This document shows, one piece after another, positions 48,311-55,137 of a stretch of 64,000 bases of DNA. The notes under the pieces were generated by a model. It saw only the letters and a list, made by a program, of their open reading frames with translations, did not search any database and was not told the DNA's origin. Numbering within the stretch: position 1 is the first letter of the stretch; each line of letters begins with the position of its first letter. The stretch is from Bdellovibrionales bacterium (GTDB taxonomy: Bacteria > Bdellovibrionota > Bdellovibrionia > Bdellovibrionales > UBA1609), in the NCBI GenBank assembly GCA_965200025.1, contig OZ241325.1, forward strand, positions 1,306,743-1,370,742, written 5' to 3'. Position numbers and translations under genes: made by a program.

Positions 48311-48952
48311 TTATAACTTCGCAAAGCCAGTGTAAAACCCAAAAGGGTTTTACACCCTGCCTCAGATGCTCCCCCAGGTCGCATCTGACACAGGGAACTT
48401 ACAAATCAAAGCTCACCGAAACACTGTCACTCTAACCAAACCACTCCCGCTTATAACTTCGCAAAGCCAGTGTAAAACCCAAAAGGGTTTTACACCCTGC
48501 CTCAGATGCTCCCCCAGGTCGCATCTGACACAGGGAACTTACAAATCAAAGCTCACCGAAACACTGTCACTCTAACCAAACCACTCCCGCTTATAACTTC
48601 GCAAAGCCAGTGTAAAACCCAAAAGGGTTTTACACCCTGCCTCAGATGCTCCCCCAGGTCGCATCTGACACAGGGAACTTACAAATCAAAGCTCACCGAA
48701 ACACTGTCACTCTAACCAAACCACTCCCGCTTATAACTTCGCAAAGCCAGTGTAAAACCCAAAAGGGTTTTACACCCTGCCTCAGATGCTCCCCCAGGTC
48801 GCATCTGACACAGGGAACTTACAAATCAAAGCTCACCGAAACACTGTCACTCTAACCAAACCACTCCCGCTTATAACTTCGCAAAGCCAGTGTAAAACCC
48901 AAAAGGGTTTTACACCCTGCCTCAGATGCTCCCCCAGGTCGCATCTGACACA
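48301..48952. repeat. perfect tandem repeat, 140-bp unit x 4.66 copies
   Basis: Units start at 48301, 48441, 48581, 48721 and 48861, and the last is 92 bp. I see no mismatch between copies. The first 10 nt of each unit equal the 5' end of tRNA-Gly(TCC). Each unit carries an 11-bp-stem hairpin (first copy 48330-48355) and a 7-8-bp-stem hairpin (48362-48388). Confidence 0.97.
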
Positions 48953-48957
48953 AATAA

Positions 48958-49041
48958 TGGTGGAGGGAGTAGGATTCGAACCTACGTAGGCAAAGCCAAC
49001 GGTTTACAGCCCGCCCCCTTTAACCACTCGGGCATCCCTCC
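48958..49041 (-). tRNA. tRNA-Tyr (anticodon GTA), class II with long variable arm; anticodon arm non-canonical
   Basis: Acceptor GGAGGGA/TCCCTCC, GTA in the loop context CTGTAAA, variable arm GGC-TTT-GCC, T arm GTAGG-TTCGAAT-CCTAC, and an encoded CCA. The 3' strand of the anticodon stem appears one C short (CCGT instead of CCCGT). Confidence 0.8.
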
Positions 49042-49052
49042 ACAAAAAACGG

Positions 49053-49125
49053 AGCTGGGTAAGGGAATCGAACCCCCAACCTGCTGATTACAAATCAGCT
49101 GCTCTACCAGTTGAGCTAACCCAGC
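49053..49125 (-). tRNA. tRNA-Thr (anticodon TGT)
   Basis: Hand fold: acceptor GCTGGGT/ACCCAGC, anticodon arm GCTGA-TTTGTAA-TCAGC, T loop TTCGATT. CCA is not encoded. Confidence 0.85.
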
Positions 49126-49173
49126 ACAAAAAACCCCTTACCACCCATAGTAACATTTTTTTAGATGGATTTG

Positions 49174-49905
49174 TTAAAATTTATTTTGTGATCTCAAACA
49201 CTCATTTAAAGCCAACACCACGGCATGAGACAAGTTAAAATGAGCAGCCCGGTAAGCCTGGGGAATAAACAGCAATTCATCACACAGGCTTTTAACAGTG
49301 AGACGGATGCCTTTTTCCTCCGAACCCACCACAAACAAAGACGGACCGGAAAAATCCTGCTTCCACAAAGATTTTTTGCCTTCACGGCTTAAGCCATACA
49401 CACTAAAGCCCGCCCGCTTTAAAGATTGAATGTGATGCACAGGAGAGCTGACAAACTCCACCGGTACATGCTCTGCCCCCCCGGCAGCCACCTTCATCAC
49501 AGAAGGGGTCAGGCCCACACTGCCTTTTGAAGGAAGCAAAAGCCCCTTAACCCCCATAAGCCAGGAACTTCGAAGTACAGAACCCAAATTTCTGGGATCC
49601 TCCACCCGGTCCAGGTACACCAAAACAGTTTTGAGCAGCAGGGGGTCAGGCAAATTCAACCGGGGCCGGCCTTTCAGAAGCAAAACAGCTCCCTGATGCC
49701 CCGGGCCTATTTTGTCCATCTTCTGTGCAGACATCACCTGCGTTTTTATTCCCCGGGCATGGGTTTTTAAAGCTTTAAGGGATTTTTTGCTTTCCCACCC
49801 GGGCTTGAGATACAAACCAACAACCTGTTTATGATGTACTTTTAAAGCTTCCCGGCAGGCATGAATACCTGTCACTGTGCGAAGCTTAAGGCCCGGGCTT
49901 CCCAA
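49174..49905 (-). CDS. rlmB: SpoU/TrmH-family RNA 2'-O-methyltransferase (RlmB-like)
   Basis: N-terminal substrate-binding region (GIHACREALK) and SpoU motifs (LDRVEDPRNLGSVLRS, VVGSEEKGI, IPQ....FNLSHAV). TTG start. Confidence 0.7.
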   Translation of the reverse strand: MGSPGLKLRTVTGIHACREALKVHHKQVVGLYLKPGWESKKSLKALKTHARGIKTQVMSAQKMDKIGPGHQGAVLLLKGRPRLNLPDPLLLKTVLVYLDRVEDPRNLGSVLRSSWLMGVKGLLLPSKGSVGLTPSVMKVAAGGAEHVPVEFVSSPVHHIQSLKRAGFSVYGLSREGKKSLWKQDFSGPSLFVVGSEEKGIRLTVKSLCDELLFIPQAYRAAHFNLSHAVVLALNECLRSQNKF

Positions 49906-49927
49906 AAAAACATCAACCTGACATGTT

Positions 49928-50503
49928 TTAAGAGGAAGGCTCTACATCTTCCATTTTAAGACAGGCCTCAGCCTGCTGCTCCTGAGGGGTTCTTTCCAAT
50001 GTGTAATCGCAGGCGATACCACCCGGCCAGCAATCTGCCACCAGAGTTAAGAGCCAGTTGCCAGACCGAGTCATACAAAGAGAAGTATCCTGCCCGGGGC
50101 CACACCCATAAATCAAACCGCCACTGCTCTGATTACTACTGCCCTGACCACTGCCCATGTGATTTACCAGCACCTTCAAACGGGAAAAGTCCTTTTTTTG
50201 ATACTCCACACAAAGCCCTTCTCTTAAATCAGCCGTTGTTCTTTTACTCACTTCATTTGTGCCGGAACCAGGGACTATGAAAGAAACACGGTGCTTAATT
50301 TTTAGATTCATGTTTTTAGAACCTATAGATAAAGTATAAATGGTTTCCGAGGGGGGGGGGCTTTGCACTGGGCCTTGCGTACCTGAAGTGCCATCCCCTG
50401 TCTGGTTTGTATCCCCTGCCTTACCACCGGCAGCATCGTCTCTATCCCCCCTGCAGGAGCAAAAAAACATCAAAGAACATAAAACAATAAATAAAATTTT
50501 CAT
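49928..50503 (-). CDS. small Cys-containing putative lipoprotein, paralogue 1
   Basis: The signal/lipobox-like N-terminus MKILFIVLCSLMFFCSCRG is identical to that of ORF 51423-52055. A low-complexity G/T/S linker is followed by a conserved Cys pattern. Confidence 0.55.
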   Translation of the reverse strand: MKILFIVLCSLMFFCSCRGDRDDAAGGKAGDTNQTGDGTSGTQGPVQSPPPSETIYTLSIGSKNMNLKIKHRVSFIVPGSGTNEVSKRTTADLREGLCVEYQKKDFSRLKVLVNHMGSGQGSSNQSSGGLIYGCGPGQDTSLCMTRSGNWLLTLVADCWPGGIACDYTLERTPQEQQAEACLKMEDVEPSS

Positions 50504-50599
50504 AACTCACCACCTTTTCAAAAAAAGTTAAAAAATACACCTAAAACCATAATCAGGGTACCAATAACAGACTTTCCCGTCAATCACATTTTAAAATAC

Positions 50600-51310
50600 C
50601 TATAAATTTTTAAGGCTTTCCTGCAGCTGGACACACACTTTTACCGGGTCCGGGGCCTGGTAAACAGGTCTTCCCATAACCAAAGCACTGGCCCCGGCTT
50701 TTAAAGCCTGTGGGGCGGTTTTAACCCGTTTTTGATCTCCATCAGGAGACTCCACAAGACGAATGCCCGGAGTCAGCAAATAAGCCTGTGGATGGCGTTT
50801 TCTTAATATTCCCACCTCTTCCGCAGAGCAAACCAAAGAGTTTAAGCCCTGCCGTACACTGAAATCCGCCAGGCTTTCCACCTGTAAAGGCAAAGAAAAA
50901 GGCTTTAAAAAAGCAGGCAGCAGGGATCTTGTAAAGCTGGTTAAAACTGTTACCACCAAAATCCGAAAATCTCTTTTGGCCTTAAGACGAAGCTGCAAAG
51001 AGGCCAAAAGCCTTAAAGTGTCTGCTCCATTGTGGGCATGCACTGTGGTCAGGTCCGCCCCCTGGTCCCAGGCCGCCTGAACAGCCGCCACCACAGAAGA
51101 GGGAATATCAAAAAATTTAAAATCCAAAAACACCCGGCCGTACTTTTTAAGACGGGGAACAAACTGCCTGCTGCTTTTAAAAAACAGCCTTGGCCCCACC
51201 TTAAACCCCTCCACATAAGGAGCCGTTTGACGGGCCAAAGACAAAGCACAGTCCTCCCTGTCCATATCCAAACTGACATATAAAGGAAGCTTTTTTACTG
51301 GTCTTGACAT
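50600..51310 (-). CDS. pyrF: orotidine-5'-phosphate decarboxylase
   Basis: Motifs LDFKFFDIPSS, TVHA and a C-terminal MGRPV. Confidence 0.9.
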   Translation of the reverse strand: MSRPVKKLPLYVSLDMDREDCALSLARQTAPYVEGFKVGPRLFFKSSRQFVPRLKKYGRVFLDFKFFDIPSSVVAAVQAAWDQGADLTTVHAHNGADTLRLLASLQLRLKAKRDFRILVVTVLTSFTRSLLPAFLKPFSLPLQVESLADFSVRQGLNSLVCSAEEVGILRKRHPQAYLLTPGIRLVESPDGDQKRVKTAPQALKAGASALVMGRPVYQAPDPVKVCVQLQESLKNL

Positions 51311-51422
51311 ATAAGCTTTTAAAGCAAAAGAGGGAGCTTTAACACCCCCTCTTTTTTATTTTTAACCAAAGACAATTCACTCCTGATTTAAGAGGATAGC
51401 GGACTCTATACCCACCCCCTCT

Positions 51423-52055
51423 TCACATAGTGTTACCAAGAGAAATACCAGACCACGGGGATGTCGCCATATTTTCCATAACAAGACAGTCTTTTGTGGC
51501 ATCAACAGTGGGTGTAATATCTGCAGCTGGAGTAAAACCTTTTGTTTTGAAGCTGCACCAGTACTTACCCCAGAAAGTGCATTCTTTCTGTAAGGTAAAA
51601 ACCCAGTGACCGACCTCAGAAGGACATCTGTTTTCTTTGTCGGGAGAACAATTATACCACACATTTTCTTTGAATGTATTCTCAATAGTCATCAACAGGT
51701 GGGGGAAATCCTCTTCCTTAAGCTGCACACAAACCCCGTTTGTTAAGTCACCGGAAACTTTTGCACTTACTACACCATCTTTTTTAAGACCGAAGTGAAT
51801 CTGATGATTTTCCATACTGTCTGCATTCTCCAGATTCACCTTCAGAGTGTAAAGTTTTGATGTGGATACCCCCCCCACAGCACCTTCCGGAGTGCCTGAA
51901 ACAGCCCCCCCTTCAGCACCTGTACCTGTCTGATTGGTATTCCCCGAAGTATCCGTGCCTTGAGCTTCAGGGTCCTGGCCTCCCGAAGTATCGTCTTTCC
52001 CCCTGCAGGAGCAAAAAAACATCAAAGAACATAAAACAATAAATAAAATTTTCAT
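51423..52055 (-). CDS. small Cys-containing putative lipoprotein, paralogue 2
   Basis: Its first 19 aa and its 5' DNA are the same as in 49928-50503. The motifs CV(E/Q)..(K/E)(K/E)DF and GxW(L/V)(L/F)TL are shared. Confidence 0.55.
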   Translation of the reverse strand: MKILFIVLCSLMFFCSCRGKDDTSGGQDPEAQGTDTSGNTNQTGTGAEGGAVSGTPEGAVGGVSTSKLYTLKVNLENADSMENHQIHFGLKKDGVVSAKVSGDLTNGVCVQLKEEDFPHLLMTIENTFKENVWYNCSPDKENRCPSEVGHWVFTLQKECTFWGKYWCSFKTKGFTPAADITPTVDATKDCLVMENMATSPWSGISLGNTM

Positions 52056-52362
52056 AATTCATCACCTCTTTAAAAAAAAGTTAATAAACACTTTTAAAAC
52101 CACAGTTCCACAGTATAAACCACAGGACTTTCAGTCAACTGTATTAAAAAAAAATCATCCTAAATATTTGTTCAGGGCTTCTGCCTGCCCCAAAAAGGGG
52201 TTTTTTGAACACATTATTGTTAAAAATGATGAAAAAACCCGCTTTAAGTCCCCCTTTGAACCTGCAATGACAGGTCCAAGCCCCCCCGGAGAACCAAATT
52301 TAAAGGCTTTTACCTGTGAATTTTTTACATGGGGGGGCATATATCCATCACTCCATGGAGCC

Positions 52363-53787
52363 TCATGCCTTGATTTTTCTTTTTTTTAAGGCTCTGCGTA
52401 TAAATAAAACCACAGAACCCAGAATGACAAACAAAGAACCTGTGTACTTTACCTTTCGGCCCGGGTCTTTATTGACAGAAAACACAGAGGCCAGGGGTTT
52501 TCCCTGCTCATCCTCTTCAAACCCGGCCTGATACACAGTGTAACCTTTAAAAACCAGAGGCTGATTCATGGATATGAGATGCCTGCTCTGCCCATTCACC
52601 AGCACAGAACTTTCATAAGATTTTGCCTGCCAGCTGGAGGCATAACGGTCGATTTTAAAATCCTGAAGTGTCAGCTCAAAGCCCAGGTATTTTTTCTCAT
52701 TGGCGTAAGCCACAATATAAACTTTGTCTTCATCAAAAAAAAACAGGTGCGAGTTCAGGCCCAAATAATGCTCATCCCCTTTAAAAGCCACCTTCACAGC
52801 CGGAACACTGGTGGATGTCACCTCCTTTTGAGGGGTAAAAACAGTGTGGGGCAAAGACTGGGGAAGATAAGAGATCAGGTGAAACCTCAGGTCCATCCAC
52901 CCGGTGTTTAAAACAGAACCGGGTTTTAAAGTCCCCGTCTGAAACCGGCCTTTTTGCAAATGATGCAGCTGGTACCTCACAGAATCCCCGGAAGGGGACA
53001 GCAGCAAAAGGGGACGGGGGAAATTTGTCTTTTTAGGCAGTTTTTCCACAAGCCGTATCTCCGCTGGTCCCAGGTTTAAGCTGACCTGTTTTTTCCATAA
53101 GGGTTTAAACAGCCACTTTATAAGGTTTGTCTGCCCCCCCTCTATATGAAACCTTAAAGCCACCCCCCCTTTTTTGGAAGCTTTGTAGTTTTCCCGGGCC
53201 TGGGCCTGAGGGATATGCTCCACCACCTTCAGCTCTTCGGTACCCAAAGGCACAAGGTAAGGCTTTTTTAAAGTGGGGGGGGAGCGGTAAAAGAACACTT
53301 TTTTCCGGTAAAGCTCTGTTAAATTCAGGCCATCAAAAGAGGAATACACAATGAGCATGGAATCTGATGTGCTGATCTGCATCCCCCTGGCCCCCAATTC
53401 CAGACGCATGTTACCATCTATGCCATAAAAGCGTGTCCATGCCGCACCAGCAAGGACCAGTAAAATTCCCATATGGGCCATTAAAAACCCGGTGTGCTTT
53501 TTTTTCCACGGCCATCGATCGATCATCACAGCCAAAATGTTTAAACTTAAGGCAAACAGGGCGGCACTCATCCACCAGGATTGATAAATCACCTCAGCGG
53601 CCGCCACCCGCCCATAAGCCGCCTCATAAAAAGTACCCACTGCAAACAATACAATCAGTACCAGCAACACACACACAGCGGCTTTTAAAGACCTAAAAAA
53701 CCTGTACAGACTTAACAAGACTCTCAAAATCTGAAATCCCCCCGGCGGAACAAAAAAAACCATTTTTATAAAGGGTGAAACCCTCAT
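52363..53787 (-). CDS. ResB/Ccs1-like cytochrome c biogenesis protein
   Basis: N-terminal TM pair with the motif LKAAVCVLLVLIVLFAVGTFYE...YQSWWMSAALFALSLNILAVMIDR, a large periplasmic middle and a C-terminal TM helix. This layout is typical of ResB. No ccsA/resC is adjacent. Confidence 0.65.
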   Translation of the reverse strand: MRVSPFIKMVFFVPPGGFQILRVLLSLYRFFRSLKAAVCVLLVLIVLFAVGTFYEAAYGRVAAAEVIYQSWWMSAALFALSLNILAVMIDRWPWKKKHTGFLMAHMGILLVLAGAAWTRFYGIDGNMRLELGARGMQISTSDSMLIVYSSFDGLNLTELYRKKVFFYRSPPTLKKPYLVPLGTEELKVVEHIPQAQARENYKASKKGGVALRFHIEGGQTNLIKWLFKPLWKKQVSLNLGPAEIRLVEKLPKKTNFPRPLLLLSPSGDSVRYQLHHLQKGRFQTGTLKPGSVLNTGWMDLRFHLISYLPQSLPHTVFTPQKEVTSTSVPAVKVAFKGDEHYLGLNSHLFFFDEDKVYIVAYANEKKYLGFELTLQDFKIDRYASSWQAKSYESSVLVNGQSRHLISMNQPLVFKGYTVYQAGFEEDEQGKPLASVFSVNKDPGRKVKYTGSLFVILGSVVLFIRRALKKRKIKA

Positions 53788-53809
53788 TCAGCTTGTTTTT
53801 CAGGCTTTA

Positions 53810-54814
53810 TCAAGGCAAAGGAAGCCCTGCCAAAATGTGTTTGACTTTTTTATGCAGAAATTTTTTAAGCCCACTTAAATCCTCCTCTTTCAGTCGAAAC
53901 TGGTAGACTTTTTTCCCCTCGTCCATAAGAGAAAGCAAATAATCGTCACTGGTGGAGATACGATCCACCAGACCCAGCTCTTTCGCTTTTACCCCCAGCC
54001 AGTGATCCCCATTGGCTGTCCTCGCCAGATCCAAATGAGGACGAAAAGAGACAACATAACTCTTAAACTGCTCGTGGATATCCTTGAGCTGCTCTTTCAG
54101 TTTTTGTCGTTTTTCCTCTGTGGTCTGGCCAAACAGGGTAAGGGTACGCTTATATTCCCCGGCATAATGCTCTTCCACATCCACATTTTGTTTTTGTAAA
54201 AAACGATAAAAATTGGGAATTTGTGCCAACACCCCAATAGAACCCAAAACCGCAAAAGGGGCTGCAATAACAGTATGAGCCACACAAGCCATAAGGTAGC
54301 CCCCACTGCCTGCCACCTCATCCACACACACAGTGAGCCGAAACCCTTTGTCCCGAAGTCTTTTAAGCTGTGAGGCACACAAACCATGCGTATGCACCAG
54401 TCCCCCCCGGTTATTGAGCCGTAAAACCACTTCATCTTTTTTGGGATCGGCAGCCTTTAAAAGAATAGACACCTCCTCCCTGAGATGTTTAAGCCCCGTG
54501 GCCTCCACATCCCCTTCAAAATCCAGTACATACACACAAGAGGGAAGAGCTTTTTTGAGTTCTGCCTTTTTTTGTTTTTTCTTTTTTTTGATTTGTTTTT
54601 TTAGTTCTTTCGCCGACATGTTTAAGGACTGCGTGCTTAAGCAGTAAGAGTTCAGTTTTTCACCCAAATCCTCTATTTCCAGCTGCTTTTTCTTTTTGAT
54701 TTTTTTATGTTCAGCCAGTAAAGACCCCACTATCATTAGCAAAAACCCAAAAAACAGCACAACTACTGCCACTTTGCCTCCAAAAACACCCACTTCCCAC
54801 ATAAATTGACTCAT
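53810..54814 (-). CDS. sohB: S49-family inner-membrane peptidase SohB
   Basis: N-terminal TM helix, VYVLDFEGDV and the S49 motif AGSGGYLMACVA. ATG 54814 has a GAGGA 8 nt upstream; the track's TTG start is 54844. Confidence 0.8.
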   Translation of the reverse strand: MSQFMWEVGVFGGKVAVVVLFFGFLLMIVGSLLAEHKKIKKKKQLEIEDLGEKLNSYCLSTQSLNMSAKELKKQIKKKKKQKKAELKKALPSCVYVLDFEGDVEATGLKHLREEVSILLKAADPKKDEVVLRLNNRGGLVHTHGLCASQLKRLRDKGFRLTVCVDEVAGSGGYLMACVAHTVIAAPFAVLGSIGVLAQIPNFYRFLQKQNVDVEEHYAGEYKRTLTLFGQTTEEKRQKLKEQLKDIHEQFKSYVVSFRPHLDLARTANGDHWLGVKAKELGLVDRISTSDDYLLSLMDEGKKVYQFRLKEEDLSGLKKFLHKKVKHILAGLPLP

Positions 54815-55057
54815 TATTTTTATCCTCTGATTAAAAAAAACCAACTTTTTTTCACAAAAACAACCAGGCTTTCCCGGGGGGCTTTAACCCCTTAAGCTCT
54901 TTAGTATGCTAAAGCCCGCCCTGTTAGGCCCACTTACCACTTCTGTCAGCCCCTCACCTTAAACCAACAGCATCTGTTAGGCAAAACATTTTTCCACCTT
55001 TATCCGGAGCTTATGACAGAAAAGTGAATTTGTGACGCACCCCACCTCCCCCCCTTG

Positions 55058-55066
55058 TGTTAAAAT
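55058..55066 (+). promoter_or_regulatory. candidate extended -10 promoter (TGtTAAAAT) for ORF 55138
   Basis: TGTTAAAAT lies 72 nt upstream of the ATG. A C10 tract (55103-55112) lies in the predicted leader. Confidence 0.3.
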
Positions 55067-55137
55067 GTTTTTTCTTTTAAAGTGGTGTTTTGGTCTAAAA
55101 TTCCCCCCCCCCATCTGTTTTTCTGCAGGTCATTCCA

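Noticed and set aside
48301-48952. Could the regular array be a CRISPR locus?
   Set aside because: The whole 140-bp unit is repeated identically, so there are no unique spacers between short repeats. No cas genes are nearby.
48366-48989. Four overlapping-register identical 69/67-aa ORFs (MLPQVASDTGNLQIKAHRNTV...) on the plus strand
   Set aside because: They are simply the 140-bp tandem repeat read in one frame. There is no RBS, the sequence has odd composition, and each ORF spans unit boundaries. I treat them as an artefact of the repeat, not as genes.
52155-52389. Two short overlapping ORFs (61 and 73 aa) in the 307-nt gap between lipoprotein paralogue 2 and the resB-like gene
   Set aside because: They lie on opposite strands and are mutually exclusive, with no motifs or RBS. 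The CCCC-AAAAA-GGGG-TTTTTT element at about 52186-52204 has a stem of only 4 bp, so I do not call a terminator either.
54845-55137. 293-nt divergent intergenic region with small hairpins (GGGGCTTTAACCCC; CTTTAG-TATG-CTAAAG) and a 9-nt direct repeat ctgttaggc (54922 and 54975); considered SRP/4.5S RNA or another sRNA
   Set aside because: It lacks the conserved SRP domain IV sequence (GGAAGCAGCC-type) on either strand, and I cannot draw a convincing long-range fold. It is more probably just promoter/leader DNA for sohB and ORF 55138.
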